Positions 11,215 to 19,720 of a stretch of DNA of 64,000 nt are shown here, piece after piece. The DNA lies in the IMG/VR virus record IMGVR_UViG_3300021387_001157, positions 1 to 64,000 of that record; one strand, given 5' to 3'. Below the pieces are notes generated by a model. That model saw nothing but the letters and a program-made list of their open reading frames with translations. It was not told where the DNA came from and made no database searches. The first letter of the stretch is position 1, and every line of letters begins with the position of its first letter. Both the position numbers and the translations under genes were made by a program. This DNA is from a virus (taxonomy: Duplodnaviria > Caudoviricetes).

Positions 11215-11232
11215 ATAATAAAAATAACAAAT

Positions 11233-11538
11233 TTATTGTTTGTCCATCTTTATCACTATATTCTGCTTTTTGTTGTTGATTGCTGCACTTGTCTGTCTGT
11301 TTGCATCAATGACTGCACCGTTTGAAATCAAAGTGGAGTCAAGTTTCTTTTCAATATCTTCCATACGGACTGACATGATTGAATCTTGTTTCTGATTGTT
11401 AATAGTCATTTCTTTCTGATACTTTGCAACTCTTTGTGTTGCATTTTTTGTACTACATTGATTTACAAACATCAGCAAAATGATGATGATTACAACTAAA
11501 AATCCATTTTTGTTTAAAAAATTAGATAACTTTTCCAT
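11233..11538 (-). CDS. Single-TM coiled-coil protein, spanin/lysis-accessory candidate
   Basis: N-terminal hydrophobic helix, then Cys and coiled coil; directly downstream of endolysin-like gene. Confidence 0.45.
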   Translation of the reverse strand: MEKLSNFLNKNGFLVVIIIILLMFVNQCSTKNATQRVAKYQKEMTINNQKQDSIMSVRMEDIEKKLDSTLISNGAVIDANRQTSAAINNKKQNIVIKMDKQ

Positions 11539-11544
11539 TTTGTT

Positions 11545-12495
11545 TTACTTTTTAAAATATAATTTTGATTCTTCTTTTCTTCTATTTATAAGTCCTTGTG
11601 AGGTTTTTCCACATACTTTTACCCATTTCATAAATTCGTCTGATATTGATGGGTCATCCGGTTTTGAATTTACTTTCTTCAGTAGAGTTGATGACTTCAA
11701 ATTCACAAGACCGACATTCATGGCAAATGATACGATTGCTGAGAACATATTGTCTGTTACTTTCGATGTGATGAGTTTTTGAATTGGTTCAATGAAGTTT
11801 TTTGTCAAGTCATTAGTATTTAATGACCCTTCATATTTTTTAATTATAGATAAACCATCCGAAGTCATTTTTGGAAATTTTGGTTTCTCAGTTTCAGTTG
11901 GTTTGTTCGGGTCAAACAATTTGTTGTTTGTTAAAAAATATGAAAAATATTTCTGACCTTTTTGATATGCCTTATTAATGAGACTCATAAAGTATGAAAA
12001 CTCACCTGGACTTGCCCATACTTGACAACCGGCAGACCACCCTTCTACATTTATTGAAACTGCATTTTCATTTGCCCTGTGCATATTTATTCCAAACATA
12101 CCGGTATCGGTCTTGGATTTATTCATATCCAATTCCTTGTCCTTGTCGTTATCACGATATACTATGCATGGATTTGCTTGAACCAAGGCGGAATATTTAC
12201 CCTTATGTAGTCCTTTTGTCCAAAGTCTCCTATACCATCCTTCTTTTAAGATTGCACATCCCTTTGAACTGACAGGAGATGTGAGTGATTTAAAACCTGG
12301 GTCTGTAGTAAAACCCTTTGATGGTGAATATGTGTGTATGACTTTTTTATCATCATACCAATATACAACCAACGTGTCGTTAAATTTATTTACATTTTTA
12401 TCATTACGAATACCAAAAAGGTTGATATAGAATGGTGTGTCGAAAACAACACCACCATTATCCTTGACGTGTTTTATAATTCTGTTAATGTCCAT
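11545..12495 (-). CDS. Endolysin-like fusion: L,D-transpeptidase-like domain plus internally deleted GH24 lysozyme domain
   Basis: GINMHRA..WSAGCQV; C-terminal GLSIIKKYEG..FSAIVSFAMNVG..STLLKKVN..GLINRRKEESKLY. Confidence 0.7.
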   Translation of the reverse strand: MDINRIIKHVKDNGGVVFDTPFYINLFGIRNDKNVNKFNDTLVVYWYDDKKVIHTYSPSKGFTTDPGFKSLTSPVSSKGCAILKEGWYRRLWTKGLHKGKYSALVQANPCIVYRDNDKDKELDMNKSKTDTGMFGINMHRANENAVSINVEGWSAGCQVWASPGEFSYFMSLINKAYQKGQKYFSYFLTNNKLFDPNKPTETEKPKFPKMTSDGLSIIKKYEGSLNTNDLTKNFIEPIQKLITSKVTDNMFSAIVSFAMNVGLVNLKSSTLLKKVNSKPDDPSISDEFMKWVKVCGKTSQGLINRRKEESKLYFKK

Positions 12496-12537
12496 ATTGT
12501 AAATTTTTTTCTATCATTATTTATGGACATCAATCAC

Positions 12538-13056
12538 TTACCACCTTTTATCAGGACAACTTTCAGAACTCATTTTTGCTTTCTTTGTGATATAACAACC
12601 ACATATTTTACAAGTCCAATTGGATTCTTCAAAGTTCTTACACTCACAACACTCATTTATTCGGTTTCTATAAATGCAGAAAGATACACGTTGTCCGTAT
12701 AACATATATTTCCATAAGGCTTTCAAAAACCTAAATATTCGTCTCATTATTTTTTCGTCCATTTTTATTGTTTCATAGAATTTTATTGAATTCCAAAGTT
12801 CATATATTCTGTTGTGTGACTCATCTTCAAGAATCCAATAATAGTCACAATAGGCGTTGTTGTCTTCAAAACCGATAATTTTGTATTCTTTTCCTTTTCC
12901 TACCCAAGTCTTACCGATAAATTTCTTGAAATCTTCTATCACATAGTCTGGAATCCCTGCTTCAGATTGATGTTTTATAATTTCATCAACAGAATAAAAT
13001 CTCCACACATCTTTGTCCTTATAAATTCCACTTTGGATTAAATGTTCAAATCCCAT
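12538..13056 (-). CDS. Hypothetical protein with C-terminal Cys-rich Zn-binding domain
   Basis: CCEC..CKICGC..K...SCPDKRW. Confidence 0.55.
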   Translation of the reverse strand: MGFEHLIQSGIYKDKDVWRFYSVDEIIKHQSEAGIPDYVIEDFKKFIGKTWVGKGKEYKIIGFEDNNAYCDYYWILEDESHNRIYELWNSIKFYETIKMDEKIMRRIFRFLKALWKYMLYGQRVSFCIYRNRINECCECKNFEESNWTCKICGCYITKKAKMSSESCPDKRW

Positions 13057-13087
13057 ATATAAAATATAACAAATATATATGTATTTA

Positions 13088-13133
13088 TAAAAAAACGGAG
13101 AGACTTTTTTATCTCTCCGTTTCTTCTTTTTTT
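13088..13133 (-). terminator. Terminator of NAD operon
   Basis: AAACGGAGAGA..TCTCTCCGTTT. Confidence 0.75.
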
Positions 13134-13144
13134 GAAATCTTTGG

Positions 13145-13963
13145 TCAGATGACTACGAAGTTGGTGTAACCCTTTTCTTCAGCCACCTTACCCCAATCTC
13201 GATAAGATTCGGTTGCAAACACTTTGTCAAAGTTCTTACAGAGGTTGTCGAAACCGACTTCGTTGACGATGTGTGTAACTTTGATGTAGAACTCGGCATC
13301 TGGGAACATTTCTTTCAAAACTTTCAATTCACCCAAGAACGTACCACCGGCGTCACAAAGGTCGTCATAGAGTATGATTTTCTTTCCGTCATTGACGAAA
13401 CAGTTTTCGTTATTCAGATTGAAAGATTTGATACGACCGGTCTCGATGTCACGTTCTTTTTCAAAGTATGCATCTTGTTCCTTTTTTCCTCCGTATCGTT
13501 TTAATGCCCCTTCGTCAGGGAACACCAAATCCACGTCTCCCATATTCCTCTCCAAGAGAAACTTATAAGGATTATAATCTAGAGTTACCGAATTTCTGAT
13601 TTCTAGCATAGTTCTCTCGGAATGTGCTTCAAGTATTGCACAGTCCTGATAACCCATCTGACTAATCATCTTACCGACAATTTTGAGCGTGAACGGTCTT
13701 TCAAAACTCATCACACGGTCCATCCTCATACCCATAAGATAACGAATGTGAAGATTCCAAATGACACCTTGTCTGTCGAGAATGTCACCGACTTGTAAAA
13801 GAATGAACAATTCTTCAGCATTGGTAATTCTACATTCGACCAAATACTCTTCTTTTCTGTTGGGTTCTTCAGTTAGAACAAACTGTACCTCACCATCGGG
13901 GAATCTGTCAATACGGTATTTTACATCGCTTTTTTCTACAGACGATAAATTAATTACTTTCAT
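13145..13963 (-). CDS. prs: Ribose-phosphate pyrophosphokinase-like protein (Prs / phage Adps-type)
   Basis: RFPDGE, MRMDR, EAHS, FPDEGALKRY, KERD, DDLCDAGGTF PRT motifs. Confidence 0.85.
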   Translation of the reverse strand: MKVINLSSVEKSDVKYRIDRFPDGEVQFVLTEEPNRKEEYLVECRITNAEELFILLQVGDILDRQGVIWNLHIRYLMGMRMDRVMSFERPFTLKIVGKMISQMGYQDCAILEAHSERTMLEIRNSVTLDYNPYKFLLERNMGDVDLVFPDEGALKRYGGKKEQDAYFEKERDIETGRIKSFNLNNENCFVNDGKKIILYDDLCDAGGTFLGELKVLKEMFPDAEFYIKVTHIVNEVGFDNLCKNFDKVFATESYRDWGKVAEEKGYTNFVVI

Positions 13964-14708
13964 AATCTAAAATGAACATTTGTACGGGTTCAAGTTTGAA
14001 AACACTTCTTTCGTGCATACTTTTGATTTTATCAATTTTGGTAACAGACGAGTCGTTGTTGCACATACCTTCCGGTTCGACACCTTCCCTTATGTATCTG
14101 TCAAGTTCAGAATATGTGAAACCAAACTTCTCTTCGTCGGTGTTGGAATTTGGAAGACCGTCATCCGGTGTTTTATGTACCAGATGGTGTGGTAAACCAA
14201 GAAAGTCTCCAATTTCAATAACTTCTGATACCGTCAGGTTTCCAATCGGTTCAACGTCAGATGCACCGTCACCATATCTTGTAAAATATCCTACATAGTT
14301 TTCAGATGCATTGCAAGTACCAACGACACGTCCGTTGTTAGACTGACTGACGGCATAAAGTGTCGTCATACGTATTCTCGCTGGAAGATTTGTCTCGGAC
14401 TGACTTGACAATTCAAAACCGATTTCCTTTTTGAGTGCTTCAACAGCCGGAGCGATATTCACCGTTATGTAACGTATTCCAATATGTTTGCACACTTCAA
14501 TAGAGTCATTGATATCCTTCTGAACACCATTTGGCATAAGTACTCCTAACACACGGTCTGGACCGAGAGCACGGGCACATAATTCGGCGACAATTGTACT
14601 GTCTTTTCCACCAGATATTCCAATCACTGCATTACAACTTGGTCCGTTGTTATCGAACCAGTCTTTAATCCAGTTGATTAAATCGTTTGTTACTTTTTCC
14701 ACATTCAT
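13950..14708 (-). CDS. nadE: NH3-dependent NAD+ synthetase
   Basis: GISGGKDS PP-loop, NLPARIRMTTLY, GTCNASENYVGYFTRYGD, TPDDGL..TDEEKFGFTYSELD; no glutaminase domain. Confidence 0.95.
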   Translation of the reverse strand: MNVEKVTNDLINWIKDWFDNNGPSCNAVIGISGGKDSTIVAELCARALGPDRVLGVLMPNGVQKDINDSIEVCKHIGIRYITVNIAPAVEALKKEIGFELSSQSETNLPARIRMTTLYAVSQSNNGRVVGTCNASENYVGYFTRYGDGASDVEPIGNLTVSEVIEIGDFLGLPHHLVHKTPDDGLPNSNTDEEKFGFTYSELDRYIREGVEPEGMCNNDSSVTKIDKIKSMHERSVFKLEPVQMFILDYESN

Positions 14709-15652
14709 AATAAAATACTTTTTAAAAGGTTTTCTTTATCATTTATAACAGTATAAGGTGTTTCTTTTTTATAGTGTGTGAAGTATATTACTTTCACATT
14801 ATTTTCGTCACACAGAAGTTTTTTCTTTTTATCCAAAGATTGTAGATATTCAAATTGTTTTTCTGAAAATTCAAGTCCCTTTCCCGAAAAATCAACTGGT
14901 TCAAAATGTTGCATTCCTTGACATTCTATTGCTATATTTAAATCTGGAAGAAAAAAGTCAAGTCTTTGTCTATTATTCAACCAATTGAACGTTTTTTGTT
15001 CTTCAAACAATATATTTTCAGATAAAAGTATGTCTCTAACTTCGTCTTCAAGTTTTGATGATACACAAAACGGACAACCTCTTTTCAAAGAAAGATGTAC
15101 ATGTGGTGACTGAAAGAAATGTCTTCCACATTTTCTGCATATTATCTCAACCTTTTTGTTTACTCCTTCATACTTTACTAATGAATAATCATATTTATCT
15201 TTATGAATGGTTCTTGCTTTTGATTCAAATTCTTTAGATGATTCTATCAAAATCTGATGGTTTTTCTGATTTCGTTTTTCTTTTCCACATAGACCACAAC
15301 CATATCCATTCAACAAGTCGTTTGGTCTTATCCAAAATTCACCATGTTTTTTGCAGATTACACAAACTTTTTTATGTGCATTAACATACTTAACTTTTGA
15401 ATAATCATAATCTGGAAACTTTTTATTCAATTCTGATATGAAAAATTCTGTTGTTTTATGTTTTCCTTTGCAATAAGGACAACCTTGACCGTTAAGGTGA
15501 GCATGTGGTGTCTGCCAAAATTCACCATGTTCTGGACATATTATACAAACTTTTGTGGTGTTGTTAACATACTCTACATTTGAATAATCATACAATATTC
15601 CATGTTTTAAAATAGATTTCTCTATGAAAGATTCAACAGTATTTCTTTTCAT
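14705..15652 (-). mobile_element. Free-standing homing-type endonuclease (Zn-ribbon repeats plus Vsr/PD-(D/E)xK-like nuclease)
   Basis: Three DYSxVxY..KVxIIC..HG..F...GCPxC repeats, then RLDFFLPDLNIAIECQGMQHF; inserted in NAD operon with its own CATAAATA motif (15676-15683). Confidence 0.75.
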
Positions 15653-15712
15653 ATAAAATATTCATTGGTATAGTATATTTATGTAGATTATACCAATAAA
15701 TATTTTTATCTG

Positions 15713-17251
15713 TTAAACGTTGGATGACAATCTTTCACGAATTTTTGAAAATGACTCAACATTGTAAGGAATACCGTCTTTGAATACCATAACCATTGCA
15801 TTTTCGTGATTTTTTGAGTACTCTTCATACTGTTCCTTGTTTAGTTCATCCTTGTATTCAAAATGGTCGTCTTTTCTTTCAACGAAAACAAGTCCCTTGT
15901 GTGATTTTTTAAGTTTACTTGTATCTGTTTTCGGGTCTTTGAAAATAAACAATTCTTTTCCGTCAATGATACCGAAAGTTGCTTTACATGCACAACCAAA
16001 CATGTCTCTTGTATTGACAATGATTCTATCGTTTTCAAAAACTGCAGAGAAACAGAAAGCACCAACACCAAACACGACATTGTTTGCTGCAAATCCTCTA
16101 CGGTCAAGTTCTTTCCATATTTTACCGACAACATTCAAAGTACATCCATCACCAAGAATGACTCCGATATGTTGGTCAAGAACCTTATATCCCTTTTTGT
16201 TAATTGTTCCACCAAAAGTATTCCATAAGGATTGAACAGTATCTACAGTCACTGTGAATTGGTCGCCGGAATCTGGTCTGATAAGTAATTTCCCATTGTG
16301 GTTCAACACATCCTCTTTCAAAGAAGGAATTATATTGTCAACCATATTCCAATAATCATATGTGTCTGAAACCATAGAAAAACTTGAATTTGGGTAAAGT
16401 TCAGTGAGTAATTTTCTGACAAATGTCTTTTCGTCACCATCGATTGCAAAATTTGCTCCCATAACAGAATGTTCTGTTGACACAGCTCCACAACCAATAT
16501 GACTACCTGAGCAATCTGCATCGTAATATTCGTTGATATATTTCAACGATGGAATTGTACTTGTCTTGTTAAACGACAAAAGCCAAGCGGATGAACATCT
16601 TACTGATTCTTCAAGACATGACATACCTCTCATACCGAAATCGGACATTGCATTTCTCACATCAACATCGTCATCTACAGTTTTACCATACCAATACTTT
16701 GCAAGTTTGTAATACATATGCCCGATTGTGGCATGGTTTGAGATTTTCCAAAGTTCTGATTGGAGAATACATTCAATCCACTGGACCAGCCAAGCAAATT
16801 CCGGATGTGTATTTCTGATTTCAATACAGGGAACTCCCATATTGACGAGAGAACCTTCAGGAAGAGCGTTGATTTGGAGAGGAAGATAACCAAGTTTGTG
16901 GAGTTTTTCAATATGCTCTGTCTTGTAATTTCCATCACCTAACTGAACGTTCATATAGGTTTTGTATTCGTTCAAAACAGATTTAAGATTCTTTTTGAAA
17001 AAGTTCTTTTCGAAATAATCGACGAGGTATTCCTTGATAAATGCTTGGAGACCAAACCATACCATCTTCTGATTTTCCTCCTTTTCGAAATAACTCTTAC
17101 GTGGTACCCAGTAAGATACGAGGTATTCAAGACCTTCTGGATACATCATGTTGTGTACGGTCTTATAGGTGTCACACAACAACATTGGATTCATATCTAA
17201 CATAATTGCTTTATTTTTTGAACTAAATAGTTTATATTCACGAGATTTCAA
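15713..17251 (-). CDS. NAMPT-fold nicotinate/nicotinamide phosphoribosyltransferase (true start may be 17203 or 17194)
   Basis: CDTYK, DFGMRG, STEHSV, SDTYD, IRPDSGD, GDG, FGVG, KDPKTD, KKSHKG motifs. Confidence 0.9.
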   Translation of the reverse strand: MKSREYKLFSSKNKAIMLDMNPMLLCDTYKTVHNMMYPEGLEYLVSYWVPRKSYFEKEENQKMVWFGLQAFIKEYLVDYFEKNFFKKNLKSVLNEYKTYMNVQLGDGNYKTEHIEKLHKLGYLPLQINALPEGSLVNMGVPCIEIRNTHPEFAWLVQWIECILQSELWKISNHATIGHMYYKLAKYWYGKTVDDDVDVRNAMSDFGMRGMSCLEESVRCSSAWLLSFNKTSTIPSLKYINEYYDADCSGSHIGCGAVSTEHSVMGANFAIDGDEKTFVRKLLTELYPNSSFSMVSDTYDYWNMVDNIIPSLKEDVLNHNGKLLIRPDSGDQFTVTVDTVQSLWNTFGGTINKKGYKVLDQHIGVILGDGCTLNVVGKIWKELDRRGFAANNVVFGVGAFCFSAVFENDRIIVNTRDMFGCACKATFGIIDGKELFIFKDPKTDTSKLKKSHKGLVFVERKDDHFEYKDELNKEQYEEYSKNHENAMVMVFKDGIPYNVESFSKIRERLSSNV

Positions 17252-17774
17252 TTTGGCAAGATTTCATAACTTCAAACGTTGCCTTTTGATTTTCTTCACT
17301 TCCAAACAAAGGAGCACAACAATCTGAAATACATTTCACAATAGCCTCTGGAAATTCGGACTTGATGATGAGGGCGTTTGACACAACACATATTGATGTC
17401 ACAGTTCCAACAAAAGTAAACTCACAATCATCACCGTCAATACCGACGGTGTGTGTAATAAATTCATACCAATTTTTATATCCAAACGTAGGTTTGTCCA
17501 CAAAATGGATATTTTCACCGTTGAATTGTAGTTCAGAAACAATCTCCCACCCCCACGTATTTTGTATACAGTGTTTTACTGGTAGATTTTTTCCTTCTTG
17601 TGTTTCCAAATAATTTTCTTGATGTGTGTCTCTTGTGAAGATAATGTGGTCATATTTTCCACTTTCTATTTCTCTTTTTATGTTTGGAATAATTTCCTGT
17701 GCAGCCTGGTTAGCAAGTGAACCAGTAACAAAGTCGTTCTGCATATCAACGACTACTAAAACTTTTTTTGACAT
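17238..17774 (-). CDS. pncA: Nicotinamidase (isochorismatase family)
   Basis: VVDMQNDFVTGSL, TRDTH, LPVKHC, VDKPTFG, GTVTSICV; start ATG 17774. Confidence 0.9.
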   Translation of the reverse strand: MSKKVLVVVDMQNDFVTGSLANQAAQEIIPNIKREIESGKYDHIIFTRDTHQENYLETQEGKNLPVKHCIQNTWGWEIVSELQFNGENIHFVDKPTFGYKNWYEFITHTVGIDGDDCEFTFVGTVTSICVVSNALIIKSEFPEAIVKCISDCCAPLFGSEENQKATFEVMKSCQIEIS

Positions 17775-17799
17775 AACTATATAAGTTTGATTATTATAT

Positions 17800-17873
17800 A
17801 GTAGTTTTGGAACATCCTCCTGGTCTCGTGTCACCAATATATGGCGACGACCGGATTTATCTCCTCACTACCG
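17800..17873 (-). ncRNA. Candidate structured 5' leader RNA of the NAD operon (riboswitch-like)
   Basis: GC-rich island in AT-rich spacer; nested helices GGUAGU/ACUACU, GGAG/UUCC, UCC-GGUC/GACC-A-GGA, GUCGCCA/UGGUGAC. Confidence 0.45.
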
Positions 17874-17874
17874 T

Positions 17875-18306
17875 TTATTTTTCTGACTTTTCCTTTTTTT
17901 CAAAAGGTTTCTTGTGCCAGAAATCGACATACCCGTCAATTTTATTGGATTCGAGTGTGGTGAGATATGCTTTGAATACCTCGATACGCTCGTAGCTGAA
18001 TCCCATCTTCCCATTTTCCTGTCTCTGATAGGAAACAACCATATTCGGGTCTTTTGAATCGATTGTAATCCAACCGACTTCACCACCACGATATGCTTTC
18101 TTCCCACGTTTGATGTGGTCAAGAAGTTCGATGGTTGTCTTAAAGTGGTACTCTTTAAAGTGCTTGAGTCTTCTTTCAGACTCGGATGGTGTCAGTTTCT
18201 TTTCCTTTTTACGTTTTTTAATAGGTTTACTGTTGTCCAACTCACCAGACATCAGTTTTTCAAAATTTTTCTGGGACTTACCGTCCATCATTTCTAAAAT
18301 ATCCAT
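17875..18306 (-). CDS. Hypothetical basic protein
   Basis: ORF; ATG 18306 lies just downstream of the ATAGTATCTTT motif. Confidence 0.6.
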   Translation of the reverse strand: MDILEMMDGKSQKNFEKLMSGELDNSKPIKKRKKEKKLTPSESERRLKHFKEYHFKTTIELLDHIKRGKKAYRGGEVGWITIDSKDPNMVVSYQRQENGKMGFSYERIEVFKAYLTTLESNKIDGYVDFWHKKPFEKKEKSEK

Positions 18307-18359
18307 CGTATTAATTTTTTTCAAAAGATACTATTTTTCCCCAAAAAAAAATTAAAATT

Positions 18360-18632
18360 TTACATGGATTGTGTAAAATTTATTTTGTCTGTTGTGGTGT
18401 ATGTCGATACAAATAAATTTTGTTCAATATGTCCAAACAGACATTCGGAACAATTCCTCTCTAAACAAGGAGCATCTATCGCCGTACAATAAAATACCGA
18501 TTTCTTTTCAGAACCACTGTTCTCTTCTTCTTTTAAATCTCTCATGGCGAGAATTTCAGCGAGAGTTTTCTTATCAAAGAACATATACTCTTCGACTTTG
18601 TTTTTAAAATTTTTAAAATCTTTAAAATTCAT
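18360..18632 (-). CDS. Hypothetical protein
   Basis: 90-aa ORF with Cys cluster. Confidence 0.5.
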   Translation of the reverse strand: MNFKDFKNFKNKVEEYMFFDKKTLAEILAMRDLKEEENSGSEKKSVFYCTAIDAPCLERNCSECLFGHIEQNLFVSTYTTTDKINFTQSM

Positions 18633-18645
18633 ATCTTATTAATTT

Positions 18646-18945
18646 TTAATTTAATATTTCTTTTATGTCATTGAAGTTATATACTCCAATGGTTGTTGCA
18701 TGTGTTCCATTTTGAAAAACATCGAAAAAAAATATGTCGTCAAAGCAATCACTGTCCTCTACATTGCCACCTGTGCCGATATACTGCAATGTTAGAAGTT
18801 GTTTTTTCTCTTGTTTCTGAATATTCCCGTTGATGTTTATTGTATTGTAACTAACAGCTTCGTAGTCATAACAACTATCATCGTCTTTTCTTTTTTTGAA
18901 ACCGTTTTTTAAAAGACCTTTTTTTATTTCTTCAAGTTCGTTCAT
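18646..18945 (-). CDS. Hypothetical protein
   Basis: ATG 18945 (MNELEEIKK) follows the TTGTTATATTT motif at 18951-18961. Confidence 0.6.
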   Translation of the reverse strand: MNELEEIKKGLLKNGFKKRKDDDSCYDYEAVSYNTININGNIQKQEKKQLLTLQYIGTGGNVEDSDCFDDIFFFDVFQNGTHATTIGVYNFNDIKEILN

Positions 18946-19066
18946 ATCTAAAATATAACAAAAAAAAGGTTCATTTGTAATATCATAAAATAAATTTTTT
19001 ACAAAAAAAAAAATTATTTTCTCATGTTCATAAATATAATAGTAAAGAAATAAAAAAATATTTTTT

Positions 19067-19684
19067 ATGGATATCAAGAAAAATGATACTTATGAATATA
19101 GAAAAGTTGTAAAGAGACCAGACTTGAGAGTCAGTTTATTAGAGATAGGCTTTTGTACAGAAAAGGTACTTTTTAAGGAGTTGAAAAAACCTTTTAACGG
19201 AAGGTTATATCTTACAACAGATACTAACAAATTCTACTTTGACTGGAATGATAAACGTCGTGAGATGGATGTGTACGGTGAAAGTATACCTGACATAAGT
19301 GGATATGCAAAGAAAAGTGACATTCCAACAAAAACAAGTCAACTTAAGAATGATTCTGGTTTCTTAACTACCGAATCCGTCGGTGATTTTTTAAGGAACA
19401 ACGGGTACGTGACAGAAGAGATGTTAGCTGATGAAATTGCCAATATTATCACTGATGATGAACTTGGTGCAGATGTGTCTGTTGACAACGGAGAACTTTC
19501 GGTTTCAAATGAAAATGGAATTGTATTAGGAAAGGATATTGTTGAATTTAAGAAATATGCAGATACAAAAGATGCTAATATCACAAATTCAAACGGAGAT
19601 TCCGATGCAATTAAATTGACAAAAACTATCAATGATGGAAAAAACGTATTTGACATAAATATAGTATGGAGTGAATACAACTAA
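19067..19684 (+). CDS. Tail-fibre-associated protein
   Basis: DIPTKTSQLKNDSGFLT fibre repeat; C-terminal VWSEY; late motif 19029-19036. Confidence 0.6.
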   Translation: MDIKKNDTYEYRKVVKRPDLRVSLLEIGFCTEKVLFKELKKPFNGRLYLTTDTNKFYFDWNDKRREMDVYGESIPDISGYAKKSDIPTKTSQLKNDSGFLTTESVGDFLRNNGYVTEEMLADEIANIITDDELGADVSVDNGELSVSNENGIVLGKDIVEFKKYADTKDANITNSNGDSDAIKLTKTINDGKNVFDINIVWSEYN

Positions 19685-19720
19685 AAAAACAAAAATATAT
19701 AAAATAAAACAAAATAAATT

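Noticed and set aside
17775-17837. Extended PncA N-terminus from the ORF track
   Set aside because: The family begins at MSKKVLVVVD; the upstream stretch is better explained as a structured leader
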